This document shows, piece by piece, positions 1-14,103 of a stretch of 64,000 nt of DNA (positions within the stretch are counted from its first letter, which is position 1; each line of letters starts with the position of its first letter). The position numbers and the translations under genes are program-made. The notes beneath the pieces were generated by a model. That model ran no database searches and had not been told where the DNA came from. It saw only the letters and a program-made list of their open reading frames with translations. Origin of the DNA: Macrostomum lignano (taxonomy: Eukaryota); assembly GCA_002269645.1 (NCBI GenBank), contig NIVC01001239.1, positions 1 to 64,000 of the forward strand, read 5' to 3'.

Positions 1-1196
1 ATTAACCGGCTTAAACAAGTAGCCTATGTTATTTGTTTCCTATGCAGTGAGCTGTAGACAGAGAAGACGAATGTTGCTTCAAAAAGAAAGTATAAATTTT
101 TATGAAAGTCATATCTTATCAACTGTTTTTTTACACGGGGCACGTTAGGACGAGAAAATGTTTACGAATTAAGTTCTCTTCTAGAATAGTAGCAGTATAT
201 TTAAAAAATTAAATTGTATTTGAAAATACGGTACCAACTCTACAATAGTTAAGGCGCAAGCCCAAGAGTTGGCCTAGCTATAAACAGCAAAAACAGTTAA
301 CAAACAAGAAAGCGATGTAGTCAAAAATATGTATATAAATTATAGTGGCAATGATAGAATTCCATAATTAACTGAGCAGAGAGGCGTGCAAAGAAACAGA
401 AACGAACTGTCTATCTTCGTGCATACAAAAACTGATAACAAGAATAGCAGTCGATACAGAGAGATAATCTGACTACAAAATAAGCTATATTGCCTAAATA
501 GTTGAGTCGTTTAGTATCAACTATACGACAGCATGTACAATGATACAAGCGGTGGTTTTATCATGCAATTATACTACGGAATAGTAATAGCTACAGGAGA
601 ACAAATAAATCTAATTTTATCTAGCCACATGCCAATGAATTTCGATATTATTAATACGTTTTCCAACCCGAAAAAGCCGCCTTAAACCAACTAAACTAAC
701 AAATAGTTATGCGTCATTGAAACAAATTCTTCATTAGCTAAATTGTGTGAAAAAAAAATGGGGTACAAAAATGGGGGAAAATACAAAGAACTAATTATAA
801 CAAAATATGCAGAAACAAAATAGCAAAGAGCACTGTAAAAAAACAAATGAATAGATATCTTAGGCACTAAACTGTAAGAAAGTGCACAAGAAAAAAACAT
901 TATTTAGAAATTGGTTAGTAACTGTGCTTAATTATCTATATATTGTTTTAGATTAAAATATTTTTTCTAGAATTTATTTCTACGAGCGTATTCTAGTGCT
1001 AGCTTTAATATAGTAGTATATAGAGTAAAAACATTACGAAATTAACAAAATTAGAAAAACATGAGAAAGAATGTACCAACTGCTGACTAATGAATATTGG
1101 CAAACCCTGCATAATTAGGTACTAATGTCTTAACAGAGGACGAGGATACACAATGGGCAAGTGGGGGTTCATAGTGATTGATAAATGGTCATACGG

Positions 1197-1218
1197 AAAG
1201 ACAGACAGACAGACAGAC

Positions 1219-1253
<35 letters not shown>

Positions 1254-1268
1254 CTGAGACAGACAGCC

Positions 1269-1327
<59 letters not shown>

Positions 1328-1328
1328 A

Positions 1329-1377
<49 letters not shown>

Positions 1378-1471
1378 CTGAGAAAGACAGACAGAAAGAA
1401 AGAATGACAGACAGACAGAAAGACAGACAGACAGACAGGCAGGCAGACAGACACTGAGACAGACAGACACA
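1197..1471. repeat. (ACAG)n microsatellite
   Basis: Tandem ACAG with ACAC/AAAG/CTGAG variants. Confidence 0.95.
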
Positions 1472-1630
1472 GAAAATTTAAACTCAGGAATGGCAAACAA
1501 AAGAAAATAGATTTCAGTCTATTTCGCAAAAGTCATGATTAATGATATCAGCGAAAACCTGAAGCCTAAAACTAAACACGAATATTTGAGAATCAGGGAG
1601 CCAATCAACTGTAGCGGCCAGCAGATCAGC

Positions 1631-2082
<452 letters not shown>

Positions 2083-2606
2083 ACGCACGCGAAGGCGTAT
2101 TCAGCATGCCAGTGAAGTATGAGACAGACTAGGCCCATGGGCTAAGGTCTGCGATGCTTCACGCCTGCCCCTATCTTCAGCAGGTCAAGGCTGGTGGGAG
2201 GTCTGCACCCTCTATTTGCCTCTGGCAGCCGCAGACCCCCCCCCCTCCACGCTGTCTCGCAAGTCGACCCAGGGTACTCGTCCCCGCGTGTGTTCAAGGC
2301 AGTCCCTAGGGCTGCTGGACAGACTGGGCTCCGGCGCTGGCGACCCTATCCAGTGGCTTCGGCCGAATTTGGGTATGCGGGTCTGGCTCGCCAACCTGCA
2401 GGCCGTGGTACTGCTCAACGTACTCTCTAATGCCTAAGGTGTTGACCGTGCCGATGGGCTGGAAGGCCGGGGAGTAGTCCGGTCGCAAGCGGTCCCCCTC
2501 CTGGTGTCGGGCCAGCCTTGAGGGTGCTATTGGCCTACTGCCCGGTCAGGTGGAGCGGCCGGGTGGGTACCGCGCCCCTTTGAGGGTAGCCCACCAACCT
2601 TTTATC

Positions 2607-4127
2607 ATGGCCTTCGAGCCGACTATGGATAAACAAGCTATTTCTAGGGACGGGGACCCTTCTAAACCCCAACCTCAGTCCGAAGGACCGGCCGGCCCTG
2701 CTGGCAGATCCCAACCGACTGATTCAACTGTGGCAAAGGAAGGACCGGCTGGCTCTGCTGGCAGATCCGACCAGAGCTACCAAACTCAAAATACCCTAAG
2801 ACCTGCCAGCTCCGCTGGTGGATCTAAGGGAACCGCGAGCTCTGAGCCTAAAGGACCGGCCAAATCTGGCAGATCCGATGAAGCTCAGCGGGCTCGGCTT
2901 GAGCGCAAACGCGCTAAACAACGCGCCAAAAGGCAGGCCAAGAAGGGAGCTGCGGGGGCCAAAGCGGCGGCGTCCACCATGGATGCTGAAGCGACTGGAG
3001 TCCCAAGGCAACCAGGCGGGCCGGCCGGTGGAAGCTCCAGTAGTTCAGCGGCGGCGCTCCCTGGAGCTGCTGCCGCGGCTGCTGAGGCCGAAACCACGGC
3101 GCAACAAATGGCCACTGCCAACAAGGAGGTTCCTTCGGGAGCTACCTTTGCGGCGAAGGCCAAGGCCAAAATCCCGGGAGTGATCATCCAAGGTCGCGAC
3201 CAGGACTGGACCACTGATCAGCTTCAAAAAGTGTGGAGTGCTGTTGACTCCTATCTGATTGAGCTGACTGTCGAGGAGGGAATCTCCATCGGCGTTGAGC
3301 GGATGGTGCTGCGAAGCACATTCGTTCTTATTGCTCCTAGCAGCGAGGAGGACGCTCGGCGGCTGCTCCAGCGGCTACCGACGGTCTCCTTGGATGCTGA
3401 CCTTGGCGGAGCTCTTTTTCTTCGCGAGGGCCAGCGTCCAAAGACGATACCCTATGTGGTTTTCGTCCCTGCTAAGAGCACCGCAGCTGGACCAGACGTT
3501 ATTCGCCGGGTCCTACTGCGTCTGAACCCCGACCTCCCTGCTAGTGGACTGGTGTATCACCGCAAAGTCCGCAGGGGGGAGACGGGCAACTCAATTGTCC
3601 TCGGCCTTTCCAGCACTTGGGCGAGTCGGTACCCTAATGGATCCTCTTTCCAGCTGGGTGCCCTCAAGCTCAAGTTGCGCCGAGGAAAGTCTGCCAAAGG
3701 GAAGGCTACTGCCAACCCCGGCATCTCCGGCAAGAGCGGGGCGCAGTCTAAGGCCCAAGGAAAGGCGCAAGCCGATCCCAAAGCCAAAGCTGCATCTCGC
3801 CCCTCTGCTAGCAGCAGTTCGGCGACCGCGGTAACGGCTCCGGCCGAGCCCCGGGAACCAAACCTGCCAGTCGGAGAAGGAGTTGAGGACGAGGCCGGGT
3901 CTTCGGAATCCGAGCTCTCCTCGGCCACCTTGGTGGGGTCTGAAGGTAAAGATGCAGGTGAGGAAGCTTCCTCCATCCTGTCATCGGAGCCTGAGGACTC
4001 TGCTGGGGGGCCGGTGGGGGTGAGGAGGCCATGGACGTCGACCAACTCCCATCTCCCAGTCAAGCCCCAGCGGCCTGGGACGAGGACGATCTGTTGTCCA
4101 AGTCTCCTTGATGGCCCTGGGCTCTAG
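2607..4127 (+). CDS. LINE ORF1 (gag-like; central domain resembles the DUF4780-type ORF1 of Loa/Lian elements)
   Basis: First ATG at 2607 inside the 2550-4127 ORF; basic/Ala-rich N-terminus, globular core (...LLRLNPDLP...FQLGALKLKLRR), acidic Ser-rich tail. Confidence 0.75.
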   Translation: MAFEPTMDKQAISRDGDPSKPQPQSEGPAGPAGRSQPTDSTVAKEGPAGSAGRSDQSYQTQNTLRPASSAGGSKGTASSEPKGPAKSGRSDEAQRARLERKRAKQRAKRQAKKGAAGAKAAASTMDAEATGVPRQPGGPAGGSSSSSAAALPGAAAAAAEAETTAQQMATANKEVPSGATFAAKAKAKIPGVIIQGRDQDWTTDQLQKVWSAVDSYLIELTVEEGISIGVERMVLRSTFVLIAPSSEEDARRLLQRLPTVSLDADLGGALFLREGQRPKTIPYVVFVPAKSTAAGPDVIRRVLLRLNPDLPASGLVYHRKVRRGETGNSIVLGLSSTWASRYPNGSSFQLGALKLKLRRGKSAKGKATANPGISGKSGAQSKAQGKAQADPKAKAASRPSASSSSATAVTAPAEPREPNLPVGEGVEDEAGSSESELSSATLVGSEGKDAGEEASSILSSEPEDSAGGPVGVRRPWTSTNSHLPVKPQRPGTRTICCPSLLDGPGL

Positions 4128-4150
4128 CCAGATATTGCATTTAATACAGT

Positions 4151-7100
4151 ATGACTAAGCTCCACGCTGCCAAAGGAGCGACATTCTGTCTGCAAATAAA
4201 TTTACAGCATTGCGTATCTGCGTCAGTAAATCTGATGAAGATTGCTGAGCTGTACAGGCCAGGCCTCATCCTGATCCAGGAACCCTGGATGCGCAACGGT
4301 AAGTTGCCCAACATTCCCTCTGGCTACTCTGATTTTTATGTGTGTGGCCCGGGGAACAGCCGCCCTAGAGCGGCTATCCTCGCTGCTAGCCATCTCCAGG
4401 CTTGGCTGAGGACTGATCTCTCTGATGGAGACCTTTGCGTCATCCAATCTAATCATTTCTCTCCGCGTACGTGTCTTGTTGCCTCGGTTTATATCCCAGG
4501 CGACAGAGACCCTGCTCCGAGAGTTTACTGCGCCTTGCGCAGTACTGCGAGTCCCAGAACGCTGAGCTGTGCTTAGGGGGCGACCTCAACGCGCACCACA
4601 AGCACTGGGGCAGCAAAGATACCAACACTAGAGGAGAGGAGCTTCTGGCCCTCATCTCTAACACAAACCTCATGCTCTGCAACCGCGGCAGCACTCCTAC
4701 CTTTAATAATGGCAGATGGACCGAGGTCCTCGACGCCACACTCGTCACCCCAAGACTCTTTGACAGAGTCAAGGAGTGGAGAGTCTGGTCTGAGGAGCCC
4801 TCCCTGTCTGACCACTGCTTTATCGCCTTTAATATCGCGGACACTAAAACCCAGTCTCCGATCACTTGGAGACGCAATATCCGCAACACTGATTGGGCGG
4901 CCTACAAGGCTGCCCTTGATCTGCACCTGCAGGAACTCACGGACTTACGTCCGATTGAGACCTGCGAGGATGTGGATCATATGGCTGAGACGCTGACAGG
5001 TTGCATTATTGCAGCCTACGAAGCGGCTTGTCCTGCTCGCGCCTACAGAGGCAAGATCTCGGCGCCGTGGTGGAACCCGGAGCTGGGGAAACTCAGGCGG
5101 AAGGCCAAAAGCCTTCATCGCCGTGCCATGAAGACCGGAAACCCGGAGGACATGGAGCTTTTCCGGCAAGCCTCCCGCAATTTCAAATCTGAAGTGCGCA
5201 AGGCCAAGGAATGTAAGTGGCGCCAATTCTGCAATGAATTGGATCAAGACAGACCTACTTCTAGGCTTGTCAAGGCCCTTACAATGGACAAAATGTCCAA
5301 ATTAGCCATGATCAAAAAAGATGATGGCTCTCTTACTAAAGACCCTGAAGAAGTGCTTCAGCATATGCTTAGCACATTCTTCCCGAGGGTACCTACTGCT
5401 AGACCGGAGCCCAACCATTCGATGGATGGAGCCACCCTAGCGGCGGGCATTGTCACTGAAGACCTAATCGCTCGTGCGGTCAGAACCTTCAAACCCTTCA
5501 AATCTCCTGGACCTGATGGTATCTACCCTGTTCTCCTTCGTGAAGCAGCCAAGATACCCTCGTTCCTGAGACTCACCCGCAATCTTATGCGGGCCTCTAT
5601 CCAGCTGGGATACGTTCCCAAAAGCTGGACTGAAGCTCGAGTAGTCTTTATTCCCAAACCTGGGAAGGGTGACTACCAAAGCGTCAAGGCCTTCCGGCCA
5701 ATTAGCTTAACGTCAGCAATGCTTAAGCTCACTGAGAGGCTTATTCTCTGGCGGCTGCTCTCCTGCGAGCTGACAGCGATGCCCCTCAGCAATAATCAGC
5801 ACGCCTTCCGTACCGGGAGGTCGACTGACAGCGCCCTGCATGCGATTGTCGAAAAGATTGAACGGGCGGTACTGGGTGACGGTTACGCCCTGGCTCTCTT
5901 TCTTGACATTGTTGGCGCCTTCGACAACGTTATCTTTGAAGCGTTTCAGAGGGCCCTTCAAAATCGCAAAGCTCATGCTACCCTCATACGGTGGATCATG
6001 TACATGATCTCCAACCGTACGGTCACTGCCCAACTTCTTGGGCAAACTGCCTCCACCAGAGTCTGTAAGGGTGGACCCCAAGGCGGAGTCCTCACCCCGA
6101 CGCTCTGGAACCTGGTCATGGACGCTCTTCTGAGTGACTCCCGACCTGACCCCGTCTTCAAAGTCGGGTATGCTGATGACGTCACGGCCATTGTGGCAGG
6201 ACCGTCTCCCAGCACGCTCAGGGATCTGATGCAGAGCTTTATCCGCAAAGCAGAATCCTGGGCCAATGACAATGGTTTGGAACTCTCTGAGCCCAAAACC
6301 GTTGCCATTATGTTTACCAGCAGACTACGCTGGAACATACGTCCTCTGCAGCTCTACGGCAGAGATATTGCCTTCGCGCACCAGACCAGATGTCTCGGGG
6401 TCACACTTGACCACCGGCTCAACTGGTCCTTCCACGTGAAAGCAAAAGCTAAGCGTGCCTCAGCCATCCTGGCCCAGCTCCGACGAGCACTTGGCACTTC
6501 TTGGGGTCTATCCCCAAAGCGGCTTTGGTGGATCTATACTTCCGTAGTTAGACCTGCCATTACGTACGCCTCTGTTGTCTGGGTTAGCGCTACCCAGGTC
6601 AAAAGCCATGCAGACCTGCTCAACACGATCCAAGGCAGAGCGTGTAGGCTCATCTGCAACGCCACCAGGTCCACGCCCTTTGCTGGCATGGGGGCCTTTC
6701 TTAATCTTCCGCCTCTTGACCTCTTCATCAGGGGTGAGGCGGCTAGAACGACGCGGCGTCTAATTGATGCCGGCGTCAAATTCATTTACATGAGAGCACC
6801 TGCTAAGCGGAACCTTGTCCCGCATAGCGATCTGTGCCTCAACTTTCTCAACGAGTGTCAGGCCAATCGCGTCTTCACCGATGGCATTGCCTCAACGCTC
6901 AACCTGAGACAGCGCTACTCCGTAGCTATCGACTCGCGCGATAACATCAATGACCATTGGAACCCTGGTGAGCTTCATTGCTACACCGACGGTTCTAAGC
7001 AGTCAGCCAACACCGGCTTTGGTGTTGGAATCTTTCTGAACGGGAGGGTCATCGCTACCCACGCTCAATACACTGGGGTCAACTCCAGTGTTTTCCAAAA

Positions 7101-7890
7101 TGAAGTTCTGGCCATCAGCTCCTGCACTGCAGAGCTTCTCGCCACTGGCGTTACTGGTAAGAACATCATTTTCCATTCGGACAGCCAAGCTGCCTTGCAC
7201 GCCATCAGTGGCTGCAGCACCAACTCTGCTACAGTCCTTGACTGTATCAAACTCCTCAATGTGTTGGGTTCCGCCAACAAAATTACCCTTAAGTGGGTTC
7301 CGGGGCATGTGGGGATCCGAGGAAATGAGTTGGCTGACACCCTTGCAAAAGTTGGTGCCTCCGGCTCCTCTCTCGGCCCCGAACCTCTTGTCCCGATTCC
7401 TGGCTGTGTCATCGACTCGCGCATCAAAGCGTGGATCAGGACTCAGCACCGCTCGACTTGGGCGAACCGCACGAACTGCAGGCAATCCAGAGGCGCTGTC
7501 CCTCAGCCCTCTCACCAGCTCCGGAAGCTCCTCTTGCGCCTCTCGCGCAGAGACATCCGGGCTGCCACCATGACCCTCTCTGGTCACGGCTGCTTCTCCA
7601 GGCACCAGTACCTGCAGGGCAACGCCACCAACGCCACCTGTAGTTTCTGCAACTCAGGTGACGAAACCGCTGAGCATTTCGTCAGCATCTGTCCCGCCTT
7701 CACGCAGGCCAGACTCACTTACCTCGGGCCACACACATCTATTACTGAAGCGTGCAAACCCGAAAACTTTAATCAGCTCATGCGCTACCTTCGGGCCACC
7801 CGCAGGGCTGAACTCTCCTTTCCAGAGAGCACCATAGCTGCTGGCGACACTGGGGGACCTCCCTGGGCGGCGCCAACCCTCCGTCCATAG
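4151..7890 (+). CDS. LINE ORF2 polyprotein (APE endonuclease, RT, RNase H, Zn knuckle), split by one frameshift near 4518
   Basis: QINLQH, LIQEPW, GGDLNAHH, VLDATL, LSDH (APE); FRPISL, GGPQGGVLTP, YADD (RT); YTDGSK, SDSQAAL, WVPGHVGIRGNELAD (RNase H); CSFC...ETAEHFVSIC. 4151-4576 and 4471-7890 join if one base is restored at CCT GCT CC^GAG. Confidence 0.92.
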
Positions 7891-7987
7891 CGACGCGTCG
7901 GCCGTTCAGGGACTAGCGGAATAGGCGCCCGCGCCTTCCCGCTGTGTCCCCTCCGGGACAGCCCTGCAGCTAAGTCAAGTAAGTCAA

Positions 7988-8092
7988 AGCGGAGGACAAA
8001 GCAGTCTTAGAGTCGGTCTCTGTGTCTTACAGTTTGTACAGGCGTATATCGATGTGTCTTTCTCGGTACGATTGTCTGTACGCATCTTATGG

Positions 8093-8119
<27 letters not shown>
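7988..8119 (+). repeat. Right copy of 132-bp target-site duplication
   Basis: Begins immediately after the 3' tail; 131/132 identical to 1951-2082. Confidence 0.93.
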
Positions 8120-8459
<340 letters not shown>

Positions 8460-8474
8460 CTAAGTTTTTGGTCA

Positions 8475-8720
<246 letters not shown>

Positions 8721-8959
8721 TTAGGGTGAAAAAATGTCGTAAAAATTGTTATTGGACTTTTCAAAAATATCGAATAGACTTTCTAGATCTAGAAAAAAAC
8801 TATTCTCAATTCTAAGGATTCTACTAAACGGACTAAAACAACTTTCTAAGAAAGCACCGAGAAAATAGCATTTCCTTTTCTAAGAATGTATCGTTCCGTA
8901 CATACGGCAATAAAATTCAATTTCTATGAAATTTTTCCAAAGAAGAAACTAAAAAACTT

Positions 8960-9140
8960 CACATTTCTAAGAAACTCCAAAGACATCCCTACTTTCTTAG
9001 AAACTCTAAAGACGTCTATATTTTCTAACAAAATTTAACGACATGAATACTTTTTAAGAAACTCCAAAGACATCTCCACTGTCGCAAAACTTTATTGATA
9101 TCCTTTCTTAAAAACGACTTGCACATTTCTAAGAAAATCT
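8960..9140. repeat. Degenerate ~32-bp tandem repeat in an MK2 intron
   Basis: Recurring tttctaagaaactccaaagacat-like units. Confidence 0.55.
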
Positions 9141-9147
9141 AAAATTA

Positions 9148-9381
<234 letters not shown>

Positions 9382-9392
9382 CTAGATTAGAC

Positions 9393-9866
9393 TGAGGTGA
9401 ACTCCCTAGATACTGAGGTAGATTCCTTAGATATTAAGGTAGATTCCCTAGATATTAAGTCGATTTCTCAGATATTAAGGTCGATTTCTCAGATATGATA
9501 GTAGATTTCTCAAATATGAAGGTAGATTCCTCAGATATGAAGGTCGATTCCTCAGATATGAAGGTCGATTCCTCAGATATGAAGGTCGATTCCTCAGATA
9601 TGAAGGTCGATTCCTCAGATATGAAGGTAGATTCCTCAGATATGAAGGTAGATTCCTCAGATATTAAGGTAGACTCCTCAGATACTAAGGTAGACTCCTC
9701 AGACACTAAGGTAGACTCCTCAGATACCAAGGTAGATTCCTCAGATTCCAAGGTAGATTCCTCAGATACTAAGGTAGACTCCTCAGACACTAAGGTAGAC
9801 TCCTCAGATACCAAGGTAGATTCCTCAGATTCTAAGGTAGACACCTCAGACAATAAAGTAGATGAA
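9393..9866. repeat. 21-bp minisatellite filling most of MK2 intron 2
   Basis: Unit gattcctcagatatgaaggta/c with a gradient of variants. Confidence 0.92.
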
Positions 9867-9888
9867 TCGAATACTAATTTAGATTTCA

Positions 9889-10227
<339 letters not shown>

Positions 10228-13200
10228 TTAAGTTCAATGCAATTTCGAGTGATGAGGCAGCAGAAGTTGCAAAAATCAAAACACTACATTAACAGATATA
10301 CTTTAATTTGACAATTGATATATCTCTTGAAATTCTAAGAATCCCAATAACAATATCGTAATTATTGTTAATCAAGATACAAGCACAAAATATGAATTAC
10401 AAACAATATGTAGCCTAAATTAATTGGCACCTAGCATGGAAGTTAGACTTTTTGTTTTCCAAAATTTAAGTTGGTGTGTCACAACACATACTCATACTAT
10501 GACATACAGTTTTGCAACTATAAACTTAAGAACAAAACTACAATAAATTTAAATAAATTTGACACCAAGAACATAATGAAATAGTACTTTGTTGATTTTT
10601 TATGAACTAGAAAACTTAAAAAAATAATCTTCAACACAATGACAAAATAGTAAACAAATTTAATTCTTTAAAAGATTTTTTTAACTTTGTAATAATAAAA
10701 AATTAAGAATTAAAGTAACAACAATTAAAACTTAAAGTATACCTAGTTTTTATCATAGACATAAAATTATAAATATAATACACTCATAGCCTAGATTCCA
10801 CATTCCACATCCACCTAGAGAAATGCAGTAGGGGAAGGATATGCACTTTTTGTATATTTTTACTCTTATTATCATCATTAGAGACCTTCAACAAAAGTGT
10901 AATAATTTGCTAAAATGTATACAGAAAGCATATTCTAATCTATTGCAACTAAGGTCTAAACTGTGTCAGATATCCCATTTCTTGCACCAGACCATGCCTA
11001 TATTAACGAGGGCCAATCTATGCCAGACATTGTTCACAATAATAGCCATTGGCTGCAATAGGGTATTTGAATAAAAAGCAAATATAAACTAGAAAGAAAA
11101 AATACTTAAACAGTAGTCTAACTCAGCAACAGCAGAAAATAACAATAAGTTCTTTTGATTGAATGCACTTAAACTTCATTGTTAGGCTGCTATGATAAAG
11201 AGATGTCTATGGAATAACTGAAATATAAAACTTTTAAAGCAATAGACTATTTTTTAATTGGGCTTTCAGCTTATTGCTAATTGTTCTTTCTTTTTGCTAT
11301 ACTAAAATCTTTGAGGTTTGAGGGTTTGTGTATTGCTTAGAGTTATGATTTATACCCTTTATAAAGGGTATACTTTATAAAGGCTCACCTAAAAAGGCTA
11401 GCAGGTAGAGGGGGTGGGGGCTAGCCCCAACCCAACAAAGATGCACAGAGACTGCAAGGGGCGGGCTGATCACTAAAGCTGGTTTGCACAGGCGCAAGCA
11501 CCCATGCAAACCAATGCCATTCCTGTAAGGATCAAAAAAATTGTATTTACTCAGCTTCTACTAAAGTGATTTGGAAAATTCTTTTTTTCCTGTATACACG
11601 CCACCATGATATATACTTAAGTGTAATTTCATTGTTCTTTGTTGCCTCATAAGCCTACAGGAAGCATTTGATTTGGATGCAAGGTTCACATTTTGTGGTA
11701 CCATTTTTCTACCCCAAAATTTGAAGTCTAAATATAGGCATATTGTATTCACTAATATTATATGAGTTGAAATGAAAGAAAACAACTTAAAGATTTTTAT
11801 GCAACAAGGAATTAGCGGTATATTTACTTTTAGAGAAAGATGTTTGCTGGCAAACTTTGCACTTTAAATTAGTAGGCTTATGAATTTTTGTGGGTTTATG
11901 TGGTTTTATAAAAACTTAAAGGAACTGCTTAGAAATCCTTCATCTTTTTGAATAAAATAAAGAGTAAATCACACAATACTTTCTGTTTTGTAAGTAGTGA
12001 AAAAATCTGCCTTCTCTAAGGTCTACAAGTCTTAAAATTAATTGTTCATTAATGAAAAAAGGGAAACAAAAAATTGTGAATCAGTCAACTTAGACTTTTA
12101 AAATGCTTTTTTGTAGTTTTTTACTCTTTTATTCAATGATGTAAAACATGAAAACAATATGTTTTATCCAGAACTATTTTTAAACACCTATTTGCCCTTC
12201 AAAAAGCTTTTTTAGATATATTACCTTTTATCAAATTTCCGCAAATTATTTTTACTGTTTTATCCTACATTTTTGGATTTTGCCCTAAACTTTACTTTTA
12301 ATATACTCCCTGGTCCAGTTAGACTTTAAAGCTAGACCTAGCCACCTGTCCTTCAAAGTTTTGAAGGCAATATGTATATTAGGATTTCCTAACATATAAG
12401 GGCACTTGCCATTTTTTTAGGTTCTATCAGCATACATCTTAGCAGTCATAACATATTGGAAAATTTTTGGCTTAGATCTATAGCATACCGGCATACATGT
12501 TAGTATCAAAAAGAGTGACTTTGCATAAAATGCACTATATATAATATTATCAACATGGTTTTAAAGAATGAGAAATAATAGGCCTAATTTATAAAAAACT
12601 ATTTTAAACTTTGTGCCTTAAAAACTTTTTTCCCAATGTTTAACAAATAAAAGTATCTAAAGTACTTCTTTTGCAATGTCTCTTCTCAATGCACATTGCA
12701 AAAGTGTGTTTTTTAGGTTTGTTACTCTGAACAAATAATAAAAAATGAAAAAGTGTATAAATAATCTTTGTGTCTTGTCTTCTTTGTTCATTGAATTGCT
12801 GCTGCTGTTGCTGCTGCTGCTGCTGGCATATACATGCCAAATAAACAGGTTTTAAAGGCCATAGCTGCTCACTAATGGGCAATCAACTTGTCCTAATTAC
12901 ATAAAAACTCTTTAACTAATGAGTTAAATCATTTTGCTATGTTTACCTCACCAGAATGAATATCTGATTGCATAGACCTATTTTGATGCAAAAGACCGTA
13001 CATGTGCCTCTGAGAAGGCTGATTCTGGATAAAAAAAATCTGAATTTGGGGGGTCAGAGACTGGATTTGGGAAAGTTTATTAACAAAATTGAAAACATTT
13101 TTATAGTCCTAGTGTATAAACTTGGTCCTGTGTTAGGTTGATAGAAAGTTTTTGCTGTTTCTAGAAAATTCCAGAAACTTTTTTCCAGAATGTTCTGGAA

Positions 13201-13373
13201 CTTTCTGGAACTTTTTTTCTAGAATTACTGAATAACTTTGTTTGAATTACTTTGTTGAATAACTTTGTTGTTATAATTGTGAAATCTCAATTTGTTGAAA
13301 TAAAGAAAAAAGGGCAAGAACTTTCTAATCAACCAGATAATTTTTCCTACTGGACCCAGCATACGCTAATATA

Positions 13374-14058
13374 TGAGGGGTGTCCCAAAAGTTGGTGCAC
13401 TTTTTTCACTATAGCCTTTTCTGATCAATCAGAAATATTAAGTCTGTTGCAATTGAAAAGAGAATTATCTGCCCATTAAATGACTTTCTGTTTAGTTCTG
13501 TATTTGCTGGCATTCTTGAGATATGAGCACTTTTCTGCCCTACCCCCTGTGCTACTTTTACAAATTGCCATAGACCAAAGCTTTGTACCTGATGCACAAA
13601 ACAACAAAACATTCAACAAATCAATAAAACATTGGCAACATCAAAGCTGAGGAAAGAACAGATTTTGCTGATTGACAACATTGACAACATGCATAGCCAA
13701 TACCAGAAGTGTGCAGCACACCCAGTGGTGACTTTGGAGAAGCCTCAGGACAATGTTGATTAACTTTTAACTGTTCTTTCCTCAGCTTTGATGTTGTCAA
13801 TGTTTTGTTGATTTGTTGAATGTTTTGTTGTTTCCTGCATCAGGTACAAAGCTTTGGTCTATGGCAATTTGTAAAAGTAGCACAAGGGGTAGGGCAGAAA
13901 AGTGCTCATATCTCAAGAATGCTAGCAGATACAGAAATAAACAGAAAGTCATTTAATGGGCAGATAATTATCTTTTTAACTGCAACAGACTTGATATTTC
14001 TGATCAGTCAGAAAAGGCTATAGTGAAAAAAGTGCACCAACTTTTGGGACACCCCTTG
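13374..14058. mobile_element. Tc1/mariner-type MITE (685 bp, ~288-bp TIRs, TA TSD)
   Basis: 13374-13661 is the inverted complement of 13771-14058; termini ta|tgaggggtgtcccaaaagttgg ... ccaacttttgggacaccccttg|ta. Confidence 0.9.
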
Positions 14059-14103
14059 TACAATCCAAATTTTGGCCTGCCCTAGCTAGGTCTTAAACTT
14101 ATA

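Larger units (their letters stand above)
2083..7987 (+). mobile_element. Full-length non-LTR retrotransposon, Loa/R1 group (ORF1 + APE-RT-RNaseH-CCHC ORF2), antisense in the last MK2 intron
   Basis: Two ORFs, (TAAGTCAAG)~2 tail at 7971-7987, flanked by a 132-bp direct repeat; QINLQH APE start, WWN motif and RNase H are typical of Loa/Lian-like elements. Confidence 0.92.

Noticed and set aside
2083-2606. Possible HDV-like ribozyme in the LINE 5' UTR (reported for some LOA/RTE/R2 elements)
   Set aside because: L3-like heptamers (TCCACGC, TCCCCGC) and a hairpin before the ATG exist, but I could not fit P1/P2/P3 pairings by eye; needs an RNArobo/Infernal search
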